A stretch of 63,201 nucleotides of DNA, filler included, from Phoronis australis (Eukaryota; Animalia; Phoronida), in the NCBI GenBank assembly GCA_002633005.1. It is 11 parts of 11 records of this genome, joined end to end, with 100 filler letters (N's around TTAATTAATTAA, not from the genome) between each part and the next. Parts side by side here need not be neighbours in the genome. Positions count along the whole stretch, not along the records: positions 41,975 to 47,977 come from NMRA01002242.1; positions 48,078 to 50,584 come from NMRA01003642.1; positions 50,685 to 53,279 come from NMRA01003577.1; positions 53,380 to 56,233 come from NMRA01003375.1; 7 more parts are not named here. One strand, written 5' to 3'. The notes under the pieces were generated by a model, which had not been told where the DNA came from, searched no databases, and was given only the letters and a program-made list of their open reading frames with translations. Of the stretch, positions 42,158 to 54,564 are shown in pieces; the stretch's first letter is position 1; every line of letters begins with the position of its first letter. The position numbers and the translations under genes are program-made.

Positions 42158-44157
42158 ACGAATTCTGGGAACATGTACAGGTATCAGACTTGAATATGAA
42201 AATAAATCATGCTGCCAGACACATACCTTTCAGTTTTATTTATTTGTCTTTGATATTTGCCAACATGTTTTCTTTGAGCAGTTAAGAGAGAGTAACACCA
42301 GTTTAAAATATTGAGAGGTTGCATTTTGAATGGCATGAGGCAGAAATGTATACTCGTGTCATTATCTTGATTATTACTATTCGCCATTTCAAAGTCACCT
42401 AACGTTGAGAAAACATAATTACATATTCGTGGAAAATATCCTAGTCCGTTTTCAGTAGAAAATAAATAACACGCGCCCAAAACGCGCAAAAATTTTACTT
42501 GTCTTTACGACGCATAGGTCTATGTGTTGATTTATTTTGCGAACATGTTGATGAAAAACGCTTCTGTGTGAGAAGTAACAAACTGAAATGTTATTATTCA
42601 CAAAACTAACAACTTACAAAAAGCACATGTGTCAGCCAACGCGTTTTCGATACTTCTGGATCGCAAGAAATGTGGTAAGCCCATCAAGCTGTCTGACAGG
42701 GGTGCAAAAATTGTGTTAAACACCGTGGGATCATGTCACTCCAGCTTCTGAGATGTGCTTTCGAAATTTTCCAAAACCCAGTGTTCTACAACATCGATGA
42801 ACCACCACCCCCATCCTGAGGGGCCGCCTGTATCCCCCATTACTAATGCATAGTTAAATCAAAAATATATTCTAACCATGAAGCCCGGTTTCGGAATCCT
42901 TCTGAAATGTGATATAAGAGGACCCAGGAACTCTTCAATTGATTTTAAAGGTGATGCACCGCTGAGAAATTGAAATATCATCCAAGCACGAAAAAATGTA
43001 CCTATTTCATGCATAGAACGTGTAGAAATTGTTTGTATCTAGTCGCGCAGTTTTGTTCGGATATAAAAACTTTCTGTAAGAGTTTTAATGTTTACGGGTT
43101 TTATCGTTTTTAGCTCGCTGGACTATTTTCTGTGATGAACAAAACCAGTTGGTTGTTTCAATCCCCGACGTAGTCAATTACAGTACATTACAATACACGC
43201 GGTTTTCACAAAAAATATTAAAGCCTGGTTCGTTGTCAATAAATCCTAAAATGGCTGTATTTTCGAGATCACTCTTGTTCAGGGGACGCCATGTCCAACG
43301 CACGAGCTCACTGCAAATTACACCAGCATTTAGGTACGACCGTTTGATTTCAGAAGTGTCCCAGTGTTAGTGAGGGTAAAAGTTACATATTTTTACGCGA
43401 TCTGAGGTCAAGGAGCACGCGTTGGAACAGATTAGCGGATTTATTAAGTTTGGCGTTATCGGACAGAAAAATCTGAGACCAGCACCAGCTTAGAATTGGA
43501 CGTAAAACTCTGGCGTCGAAACCCGGCGCGCTATTGGCTGAGTTAACTTCGAGTAGTCATTAAGTGGGGGAGTATTTTAAGTAGAGCTAACTGATCAAGT
43601 CACCGGAATTGATTTACTAAAATATTGATAGACTTGGTGATTTGTAATAAAAACACAATGTTGTTTTATAGCACTGATCAAAGTTAACAGCTTCAACAAG
43701 TCTACCTTACCCAACAGTACTCCCAAAAATAAGTTTTTGGGCATAAAAATGACGTTGTTCCTTGAAACCAACAAAATCAGGGATGGTGAATAAAAAGCGC
43801 TAAGTTGAATAGAATTTCACGATTGTACTTTAAGAGTTACTCAAATCCGTTTCAGCAAATGTATCGCTGATACAAAAAATACGACATTTTAGTTTCCTAA
43901 ACAATTATTTCTCAAACGATGACTACAAAACTCCACGTATCAAAATTGCGGGATGACAGTTCTACCAAATTACAAAAAACGTTCATCGGTTACGTTTTTG
44001 CAACTAGTCCCTACCAGCCTATTTGGTTTATTCCCAAAATCTTAATTGATAAGAAGTACATGTACATATTTTACAAAGGTTGGTATGCCAATTACTTTGT
44101 GTATGTTTACTTTTTGTTACATTATTATGGTAATTTTATGTCTTACAAAAACTTTTG

Positions 44158-44299
44158 CATGGGAGGCGCACCATAAGGGGCTGGGAGGGACTATAACCCC
44201 CAATTTTTCAGTGCTGCGCCGCCCATAGTCTATGGGGGGTGCACCACAGGGGGGCGGTGGAGCTAAAGCCACACTTTTTTCAATGCTGCGCCGCCAATG
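44158..44299. mobile_element. Dimer of a ~70-75-bp CAC/CAT...GTG/ATG hairpin element with 5-bp TSD (TTTTG); other copies 50491-50584, 50788-50863, 51746-51820
   Basis: TIR consensus CACGGGCGGCGCA/TGCGCCGCCCGTG; flanks TTTTG/TTTTG here, GCACT/GCACT at 51746-51820, AGACT/AGACC at 50788-50863. Confidence 0.75.
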
Positions 44300-44589
44300 T
44301 TTTGTAGTTATTGATTTTCTCCACCATTCACTGTATTCATGGGCGTGACATGTGTTGTTCGTGAATTACTTAAATATGGGGATTCGTCACAAATCGTTCT
44401 TCCTCACCGCCCAGCGTTTATTACCATTTTACTTAACACATGTAAACACGAGAACAGTTTTTATCATAAGTTTGTAACTTGCCTTTTCAAAAAAAAACAA
44501 AATTTCAAAATAAGTGAGAAGACTGCTTTAATAGAGTACTTTCAGATTAATGGGGGAGTACTGTATATGGGTTAAATTCTTCGTTCAAT

Positions 44590-44900
44590 GAAGACACAAA
44601 TCTTAAATCGTTCCAAATTAGACTTACTCCTATAATTCTTAATACAAATTGTTTTTTATATAAAATAGTTATTGTTGACTCACCACTCTGTACATTCTGT
44701 GGAAAAGAAGCCGAGAACCTTTGTCATGTTTCTTGGGAGTTTGAAGTTATTTGAATTTTTGGAAGTCGGTGAACGACTGGTTTACAACCAAAACAGGTTT
44801 TATTATCAGCTTGAGGTTTGACAGATGTTATGCTTGGGAAAGTAGGGGCAAAAGTGTGATCAATCTCCTTATTGGGGACACATAAAACAACAAGAATAAT
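44590..44900 (+). pseudogene. L1/Tx1-type LINE ORF2 C-terminal (zf-RVT) relic
   Basis: EDTNLKSFQIRLTPIILNTNCFLYKIVIVDSPLCTFCGKEAENLCHVSWE then stop/frameshift; matches the FQ..TN..L.K..S.LCTFC..E.E..H pattern. Confidence 0.75.
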
Positions 44901-45650
44901 ATATATTTTAAGTTGTATTGGGAATTTCAGGGTCACAGCTCTACGAATGATTATTTCACAAAAGGAACTAGATGGGTTGCTTAATTACAAGAGACAACAC
45001 ACACATATTTAAAATACCCAATTTGTACTTGAGTATCGGATACTAAGTGGCACAGGTTAGCATACGGTAGTACCAAATATTCAGAACTGATTGAACACAT
45101 GACAATTTTCATTTATTCCGGTTCGTTCATATCTTCGGAATAAAACTCTACTCTCAACGGAACATAGATGAAGTTACTGACCTAGAGACATAATTAAAAG
45201 GTACACGATATTTCGAAACATACTTGTTTCATTCTCGAGTGAATATAAAATGACCCAGTAATGCCACCACAGAACATAAGCTGCAGGCATACACAGTGGG
45301 ACATGGCGGGTGTGAAATACCGCAAAGAATGTCTAATGAAGGGGGGTAACAAGAAAGTCACGCAAACAAGTGTAACGTGTGAACGTGCGGCGCGACCCTG
45401 TTTGCTGTTCATTCAAAACAGGCTTCTCAAATGCAATCTAAAGGAACTCTACCACTTTCAATCGCAGCACATTGTGCTCTACGCATCGAATTGACATGTT
45501 TCCCACGATTTCTTGACGGGTGGTTTTACGTTCGTGACATTGCATAAAATGATCTTGGATGGTGCAATTTTGAAGATGCATAGATAGTCGTCGGGAAAGA
45601 CTGAATACCGTTTAACCAATGGAACATTTTTTGACATTTGAACGAAGACA

Positions 45651-46010
45651 TTGTGGGCGGACTTTCGCTTTAGAAATGTTATTTTTCAAGACCAAGTTGG
45701 AGGACTTTCTATTCCGATAATAAATATTAACATCGAGGTAATCATCAGGCTTATAAACTTTAACATTATCCCCAATAATTTTCTTAATGGCGTGTTCGTC
45801 CTGGAGGAAATTATTGCACATGTAAAATACGGTCCGACGTGCAGGGACTTCATACAACTGGATATGAATCGCTTAACATGGAAGTCTACAAACGCATTAG
45901 TGTACCCATTATTCAATCATCATTATTGAATAATGGGTACACTAATGCGTTTGGTGAGTCACCAATATTTGTCTTATGCAATCTACCTCTTTTACAAAAA
46001 TGCCATGTCA
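45651..46010 (-). pseudogene. Penelope-like retroelement relic (RT thumb / linker region)
   Basis: Disrupted frames read FVKEVDCIRQILV / NNGYTNAFVDFHVKRF / NNFLQDEHAIKKIIGDNVK...VNIYYRNRKSSNLVLKNN, the pattern found between the RT and GIY-YIG domains of Penelope-like elements. Confidence 0.6.
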
Positions 46011-46905
46011 ACAACGAAAAGTGTCGTGTGTTGAATCTATTCTGTATATCCGAAAACTTGCTCCTGAAGTACAGCCAATAGTACAACATGGGTACATAAC
46101 ACCAAAAGGGTATTGGCCGATTGCCAACCAAGTGGGTCGAGCAAAACTGCAAATTCAATAACAACTACTAAATGGGTATAAACTGCCAAATGGGCAAATA
46201 TCATATAAAGTACCAAGTGGGTACACCACACAGCCAACTGGGCTATAACAACCTGAAAAGCAGGTTACAGACAAGCTGAGTGAGCAGACCAGCCGGAGTG
46301 ATAAAAAGCTAGAGATATTGTAAAGAACGTGGTGTTGTGGCTCAGTTTGTGCCTGAATTATGAATATTTTAGAAAAAGATGGGTCCCTGTAGAAGGACTT
46401 TTTGTCTAACAGTCTAATAACTTCACGTGTGACTATAGTCGATTCCGATATTATTGTGGTGTGCATGTTCTTTATTAAAGCCTGCTTGTGTATTTACACC
46501 TCGACTGCTGGGATGATATTGCATAGGCGGATTTAGGGGGGGGCAGGGGGCCCGNNNNNNNNNNNNNNNNNNNNNNNNNNNNNNNNNNNNNNNNNNNNNN
46601 NNNNNNNNNNNNNNNNNNNNNNNNNNNNNNNNNNNNNNNNNNNNNNNNNNNNNNNNNNNNNNNNNNNNNNNNNNNNNNNNNNNNNNNNNNNNNNNNNNNN
46701 NNNNNNNNNNNNNNNNNNNNNNNNNNNNNNNNNNNNNNNNNNNNNNNNNNNNNNNNNNNNNNNNNNNNNNNNNNNNNNGGGGGGGGGCTCAAATCCAATT
46801 GCAAGTGTCAGATTCGGAACACGGCGCATTCGCAACTAGGCTCTCCCGCGATATCCCAGGCGACCGGCAGTGGCGCTGCGCACTACGACTCCGTTTTCGT
46901 CGTCT

Positions 46906-47969
46906 GCTCCACTGTGCAATGAAGAAAATTTACTTCATTTTTTAAAGAGAATGGAACCTGAGTAACGATGAAAAAACAGAAGCTGCTGGTAAGATGTGAA
47001 TTTTAATCGAAGCCTTAGTGAATCACTCAGAAACTCGCAATACACTCTTTGTCAAACCTTATCATAGTTAAGACGATTTCCAAAGCAATCCCGTCATTAT
47101 TGCCAACACGAAAAACGGATTTGGTCTTTTTGGGCATTTGAAGGCTATCATATTTAAAGTTTAAATACGACAAATTTGCAAAGAATTGATGGCACAAAAT
47201 ATAAAAAATATAGCATTACGAAAAGATGTAGGTTTCGCGCGCAAACGCTGTGGACCATAAACAAGTAGGTCTTTTAGTACAACTTAAGTAGTTAAATCGT
47301 GGTGGTGTAGTGGTAACGCACGCGCTCTCTATGCTCCAGGTCGTGAGTTGGAGTCTTTGGTACGTTCAGATTTTTCTGTTTGACGCGTTTTCCGTTTTCT
47401 TTTTTTTTTCCTTTTTCTCTTGGATAATACTTCAGAAATCAAGGAAAATGCTTGCTTTTTAGAGGTAAAACAGAAAAATTTCCTGAGCGGGAGGGGGGCA
47501 AACCCCCCTCCCGACCTCCCCCCATATTCGGTGCTTTGCGCATCTACAATCGTGGTTCAGTTTGCGTAAATGCTTACAGCCGAACAAGATGTTGGGCCCC
47601 CCTTATGTTTTCTTAGGTCGGCGCTACTGTATATATATTGTTTCTTCTTTAAGTTATGGTTGTGAAAACATATTAGATAAATTGAACGCTTAACATTTTC
47701 AGCCAATCAGTTCGTAACAAATTTGTTGTATTTAAAATAGTCTTCAATTGCCCAAAAGTCCAAATCCGTTTTTTGTGTTCATGGCATTGACGCGAATGCT
47801 TTGGCTCGGAAATCTTAAGGTTTGACAAAGAGAGAATTATGAGTTTCTGAGTGATTCACTTAGACTTCGATTAAAATTCACATCTTACCAGCAGCTTCTG
47901 TTTTTTCATCGTCACTCAGATTCCATTTTCTTTAAAAATGAAGTAATTTTCTTCATTGCACAGTGAAGC
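46906..47969. mobile_element. Foldback-like element with ~290-bp inverted arms (may extend past contig end)
   Basis: 46906-~47200 is the imperfect reverse complement of ~47690-47969; the centre holds a tRNA-like segment (47299-47356) and a GC-rich MITE-like piece. Confidence 0.85.
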
Positions 47970-48077
47970 CATGCAGANNNNNNNNNNNNNNNNNNNNNNN
48001 NNNNNNNNNNNNNNNNNNNNNTTAATTAATTAANNNNNNNNNNNNNNNNNNNNNNNNNNNNNNNNNNNNNNNNNNNN

Positions 48078-49330
48078 GCATATAAGAATGTTTTAGAGCT
48101 TATCGTGTCTGGAAGATCATTGATGTACAGTAAAAAGAGTAAGGGGTCTAGTACGCTACCCTGTGGTACTCCAGCATTCACGAAACCTGGCATTGATGAA
48201 GGTGATAAGACACCCTCAATTCGGACTTTGTAAGCTCGATTTTCCAGATATGATTTTAAAAGTAATAGGAGAGTGCATGAGAAACCGTAAGATTGTAATT
48301 TATGTAGAAGCAGGTCATGGGGAACGACATCAAAAGCTGACGCAATGTCTAAAAATACGGATCTCACGTTGTACCCTTGCTCAAACTGGAGGTGGATGTC
48401 GTGTACAATTTCTGTAAGTTGCGACACAGTGCTTTTACCAGGCATGAATCCAAATTGGCGACGATATATAAGGTTTTGTGAAGAGAGGTGGTCAAACATG
48501 TGCTGAGAAATGATTTTTTCTAAAATTTTGGATAAGGTGTTAAGTAGAGTTATGGGGCGATAGTTGGCAATGTCTGTTTTGGAGTTCTTTTTGTGTATTG
48601 GTATTTTTGATATTGGAGATAACTTTCATCTTATAGTCTTGTTTTGTCTTTTTAATTAGTTCTTCCACACTCTTGCACTGTTCTTTGTAGCTCTTGAACG
48701 TGCATGGGTTATTTGATCTTCTGAACGATCTGTACAGTTTATTTCTTTTATTTATTTCAGACTTAATGTTATTGTTAAACCACGGTTTGTTCTTGTTTTT
48801 TATTGTTTTCATGGTTGATGGGATATTATTATCTAATATGTTGTAGAGTGACTGTGTGAATATTGGGACTGCGTCATTTATGTTACTTTTGTTAAGTATA
48901 TCAGTCCAGTTGAATGTGGTTATGTCAGAGCGCAATTTGTCCATGTTAATGAGGTTGTAATTCCAGATCTTCTTCATAATGTCTGGTTCTTTAGGTGGGC
49001 AGTTGAGTGTGAATGTTGTTTCTATAACGTGGTGGTCTGAGTCACCAATGGGAGGCCTTACAGAAGTGGATTCAATTAATCCGAGATTGTTTGTTATACA
49101 TAAATCAAGGCAAGAATGTGAATACTCTGTTAAACGTGTCTGCTCATTTATTAGTTGTATACAGTCATTTGTGAGGAGAATATCGAATAATTCGAGACCG
49201 GCTTGGTTGTCATTGTCTTCAGAGTACCAAGTACTATTTCTTGCGTTGAAATCCCCGTTGATAACAATCGTTTTATTACTTTGAGAGAGTTCTTCGGACA
49301 TCTCTAAGTACAAAACAAACTCTTCACCGC
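48078..49330 (-). mobile_element. CR1/jockey-group LINE ORF2 fragment (APE endonuclease + RT) with internal deletion
   Basis: Endonuclease motifs IVINGDFNAR, SCLDLCITN, GDSDH and KPWF; then in another frame IPIHKK..NYRPITLL, QFGFMPGKST, FLDIASAFD, GVPQGSVLDPLLFLLYINDLP; cut at LYA(DD) by the contig end. Confidence 0.92.
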
Positions 49331-51443
49331 TACCAGTCAGTACACAAATACATCTCTGGTACAGTGAATCTTCAGAGTTTTTGCGAATATTGAATTTCTA
49401 GCTACGCTCAGCTAAAGATGTAAAGTTTATGTTGTTTCTAAAATGCTCGTGAGTCAGAAAACGAGCACGCTGTTGGTTGTGTTTTGAGAGCCCGAGCAAG
49501 GCAAACGAGCGTCCTACACAATTAGCTGCAGCCTTAGGGCAGTGATTCAGGGACTTTCAAAACGTTGATGCTTTCTTGGCCAGACATGCCAAACATTGAC
49601 ACCTACATCCTGGTGCGCAGTAACCACTCCGACAACAGACGGGGTCAAGGAATACACTGTCTCCCCGATGACAACAAGGCAAGAGATAATTTGCATATGC
49701 TCATCAGTTGTTATCGCTAATCGTCCTTTATTGTGTACAAGGCTTCAACGGTTATTTCTAGGAAGAGGATTTTCAGTATATATCATTTTCAGGTGCCAAC
49801 TCGTAAAACATAGACTCCCCTTGAAAAGAATTCAAATAACCCCACTTTTTACAGTTTTTGTCATCGGCTGATATTTTTGCGGTCTACGTTTTATCCAATA
49901 GCTCATCAACTTTATCTACTCAATCATGTTTTCAACTCTCCATGCATTCATCCAAAAACCGTAATTACGACAGTAGCACTGTCAAATTGTTAAAGCTGAA
50001 GTTTAGCTCATTTTCGTAACTATTACTCACACTACTAAGTGACAACGATGTTCCATTTTGTCTGAAGATTTCCAGACTTGGTGCCATAAACGAGGCAATG
50101 TCCGTCAACGGAATCTGTCTAGGTCTTGTAGAGATCTTCAAACAGATTCGGCATTACAAGAATTCCGTTTGTAGTACAATAGTTACCCTCCAATGAAGTA
50201 TGGCAAGTCAACCCGAATTAATGAAAGTTGTAATTCTTTATGCCTTCACCTACACATATTGGTCAGGTAAAACTTACTTGTTTGGCCCTTTATCGTAACC
50301 TCAAAGGTATTACGGAGCCAAGTTGGGCATCACCCTTAGACCCTTAATCATGACCGTGTTGGTGTTGGAGAGAAGACTTGGGGCAGCTACAAACACTGTG
50401 GGGGATAATCGAAGATATGAAGTCCTGTAAAAATCCAGGTTGACAAAACTCTGCACTGCCTAGTACAGAAGAAAAAACTCAGAGTTGTGGCATGGGCGGC
50501 GCACCAGAGGGGAATGGGGGGATTTGCTAAAACATCCCACTTTTTAGTGCGGCGCCACCCATGGTCTAAGGGCGGTGTACCACANNNNNNNNNNNNNNNN
50601 NNNNNNNNNNNNNNNNNNNNNNNNNNNNTTAATTAATTAANNNNNNNNNNNNNNNNNNNNNNNNNNNNNNNNNNNNNNNNNNNNTTGGCAGGTTTCCAGC
50701 CCTGCTGCTTCCTGTCAATCGCAGTAGTCTTTCAATACTTTTTTGTTGTAAAAGTCAACGGCTATCAGGTCAAGAAACTATGAGACTCACGGGCGGCGAA
50801 CGTACATAGGGAGCTTGGGTGGCTATAGCCCCCCTCACTAATTACAGTGCAGCGCTGTCCATGAGACCTACACGGTCGCCATTCCATTGATGCAATACCC
50901 TCATGAAAAAAACAAGACCACGCACGTCTCCGCGAGATGTCACCATGCATTACAAGCAAAGCACGTGATCAAACTAGCTTTGCACTCGGGATCCTACGTT
51001 TACACATTCACGCTGTGGGCAGGGAGGATACGCCCCTTTTACTGGAAGCAAGTCGAATTGGCCACGTCACACACACTCGGTCGTATATGGTAAATTTACT
51101 GCATTTCATTTTTAAAGTTATAAACAGTTGGCTATTTATTTAAATAGAAAGTAAAAACACTGCTTTTTAGCAGTTGCTCTTGGTTATAAATTCTTGACAT
51201 TTGCAAATATTTGCTTTTTACAGGAATATTTCACCACCTTTTATCTGTCAAATTTGAATTCTTATGCGAAACGTTTTAGGGTTTAAAACAGGACACTAAT
51301 CTGATCTTGCATTGTTACCGAGTGACCTGGCAACTCAAGTCACAGGTAATGCTTATCTGCGACGTATTTGTTTTTAGCCAGTTAAACTGGGCGAAATGCA
51401 ACTTTAAACAGGAAGTGATTTAGTAATGGCATGCCATCACGAA

Positions 51444-51455
51444 ATAATAATAATG

Positions 51456-51499
<44 letters not shown>

Positions 51500-51500
51500 T
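51444..51500. repeat. (AAT)n microsatellite
   Basis: Directly visible. Confidence 0.95.
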
Positions 51501-54354
51501 GGTAATATTAACAATACCACTTATTTTATTTCACAATGGGTTAGATCAAGAAGTTTACTATAATACTAGGCTCCTTGGTTAAATGTACTGCTAAAAGTGA
51601 CCAAAGTTCGCGGCACGATACAACGGGGATAATGCAAGCAATCATTGGCTATGCCAGTATAGACTACATATGCACACAATACCGAAGTATCAACGATGTT
51701 GGCCGGACGTGAAGCCTAACATTTTCCCCCAACGTCACACGCACTCAAGGACAGCGCACCATAGGGGGCTGGGGGCTATAGCCCCCCGGTCCCACTTTTT
51801 GCAGTGCTGCGCCGCCCGTGGCACTAGAGCACTTGTCAAGGAACGGCTGTGGCCCGAAAGGGTTTAGGACCCAGGAAGTCATTGAAGACGCAAATGATCA
51901 GTCTGACCTTCGCCACAATGAACTGTCGTTGTCACATTAATTCTGAAGTGAAGGACGCTTGACGTACGTTGCAACGATCTTTCGACCTTATATCGATTGT
52001 TTGAGCTTTAGTTGGCGCGATCGAGGCTATCGCTGTCGCCTTAGATCAGTTGTGCAGACCTCTTTCACTATAGCGGGACTTGTGCAAAAAGAAAAATTTT
52101 CGGCGAATTTTGCCTCACACTGATTAAACCCTCATGTTGCTATTGACCACGTTGAGCGCATTAAGGGACAATTTAAAGTGGCCGTTGACGGCTTTAACTC
52201 TCATTGTAACTCGTTCCAGCTGCAACCAAACTTTTTTCGAACACTTCTTCGTTCAGTTGCCTAAGTCAACAACTAAACGAAGGGCAACTGTCTATTTTGC
52301 TGCTCGCCCCTGGGATGTGGCGTTATATCCCCCAAGCCAAGGTACCGTGAAACGAGCCAAGGTTTCTAGTGACATGCCATAAAATGTAATCCTATTCGTA
52401 TAGCTACGTTGCTGACCAGTTGCACCTTACTAAATCTTACCAGGCGTAAAATGCGTCTTTCCGTCTCGTACCATGCACCGAAAGTTCCTGCTTGTCGCCA
52501 TTGTGGGTCCTGTTGTTTACATGAAGCGACAACCGGTGATCGATTGTTATATCCTGTTTTGACCTTGTAAAACGCTTCTGGTTGTTTCGAAGAAATCGCC
52601 TGGTTCCAACACATCCAGTGAGGCGCGCCTGGGTTTGGAACCAGATGCGCTGTCAGCTTTACGCGATATCGTTTTTCGAAGAAACGACAAATAGTGGGCG
52701 GGATTGATGTAAACAAGTGGGAACGGTTAACTGGGGTAGTTAATCTGCAAGCGAAATTTTTCTGAAAATAGGATTTAGTAACGAAGTCTCGGTAGTCACC
52801 GAAACTTTGTTGTAGTGCCGGGAACGATCAACGGTTAGCATAACAAATATCAACCAGACGCTGTATATTCAAACATGTTTTCGAATTTGGAACAGCTACA
52901 GCTCTTAAACGTTAATATATTCCATCCGAGGTCGACTTGTAATAATCTTGACCCTGATAGCATGAGCTCTAACAGGTCACAAGCTGCAATAGTTTTGTGA
53001 ATAAACATTATTCCCAGTTTGCTATTTATTTAATTATGGGCAGCGGACTGTTGTAAATACTTCTATTGTTATGACTGAATTACTCTTTTTTAGAAATTAC
53101 TTACATTGTATTGCTATTATAACAGTTTGTGTTTGCCTTTGCTATAGCTTAGTAGGGGGTTAGACTTTATGACGCACACATCACGTGATACGTACTTTTG
53201 CTTCTAAACTTGGGTGTAAACTTTGGATTTTTGTAACAATGAAAATATGTACTCTCAATGTCATCAAGATCGACAACTANNNNNNNNNNNNNNNNNNNNN
53301 NNNNNNNNNNNNNNNNNNNNNNNTTAATTAATTAANNNNNNNNNNNNNNNNNNNNNNNNNNNNNNNNNNNNNNNNNNNNTGGTCAATCTCAGTTACCGTT
53401 ACTAAAGTAATGTAGAAACCAGCCAATCATACGGGATTATATGATCTATTATTTTCACAGCACAGGTATTGTTTCTGAAACAAACAAAGAAAAGGAATCC
53501 AGTTCTCTGAATCTTGCCGATTTTGCGTGCTTAAATACTCGGATAGACCTAAATTGTAAATTTATGCTCGCAGGTACACAAAGCCTTCATAATCTTAACG
53601 AGATGTAGCATATAAATGTACGTTAAGTTTACAAAGAAAATTAACACAAGGACGCTGATTGGCATGCGTAAACTTATGTCCAGTGGCAATCCCTCAAACG
53701 TTTCAACATCTGCGGACCCACTCTACACGTAACTAATAAATACTATTGAGATATATATACAGTATATTATCCGAATATTGTATCCCGATGTTTCCCAGCA
53801 TTTTTAAAAATTCTTTGCGATCTGTCATGTCGGTAGTTACTCACAGCTGCACTGTGAGATATTCACATATTTCTCACAAATTTTAATAGAAAATGGCTCA
53901 AAATGTCTTCTCACGAAAGCAATTGTGTTCCATGCTTATAGTCAACTTTTCCCGGCCCGCCGTGCTCACCGGAATTCGTAATTGGTTCTAGCCAAAGACG
54001 TTTTTGCCCTCTTACACTGATGAATGAGTTGTAATTTGAATATTCCCTATTGAAACGATTTTGTGGAATAGAAATGGATATTAGGTTGTGATTTTGTTTG
54101 CGGAGACTGTCAAAGTTCTATGGTGTCCAGTTTATTTTAAAAACTCCTGAAGGTCTTGAAGACGGCTTATGGCGAACCCGGAACCCTCGTTGAGCGGTTT
54201 GGCGTCCACAGCTGTCCCTCGGACCGTGTTTTCGGGAGCTTCACTGTTTTAAAAATTTAAAACGGTAACAAATTCGTTACGTCAAAGCTAGGTGAATTAA
54301 ATCATGCCTTGTAAAAAGGTACCTAACTGGTTCACTAAAATGATATCATTTTAG

Positions 54355-54564
54355 AGAGTAAAGAAGCAGCTTCGTCCGTCAAAGGAATGGGGTCCATGGT
54401 TGGATGACTACAGAGACGAGTATGACCACTTGACTGGGCCTTTGCAACCAACAGAATATTACGTTAAAATGGCTTCGTTGAAAAGAAAAGGCGAAAAGAA
54501 AGATGACACTGAAAAGGAATTGCTCAAAAGCGTCGAAAGTATAGAGCTAAAAAATGTTGTCTGA
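54355..54564 (+). CDS. SLC6 sodium/chloride-dependent transporter (amino-acid subfamily-like), terminal exon
   Basis: Acceptor ATCATTTTAG| then RVKKQLRPSKEWGPWLDDYRDEY...KNVV*; R.K..P...WGP.L...R..Y is the conserved post-TM12 tail of GlyT/PROT/ATB0+-like SLC6; AATAAA at 54580. Not in the ORF track. Confidence 0.75.
   Translation, partial: RVKKQLRPSKEWGPWLDDYRDEYDHLTGPLQPTEYYVKMASLKRKGEKKDDTEKELLKSVESIELKNVV

Noticed and set aside
46910-46940. CACTGTG at both ends of the foldback element, suggesting an RSS/ProtoRAG terminus
   Set aside because: No 5-bp TSD (TGCTC vs AAGCC), no nonamer at 12/23 spacing, and the inverted symmetry continues beyond the heptamer.
52366-52716. 116-aa ORF with a GTAAGA donor-like site
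   Set aside because: No recognisable domain, and the candidate next exon gives early stops; cannot be supported without transcripts.
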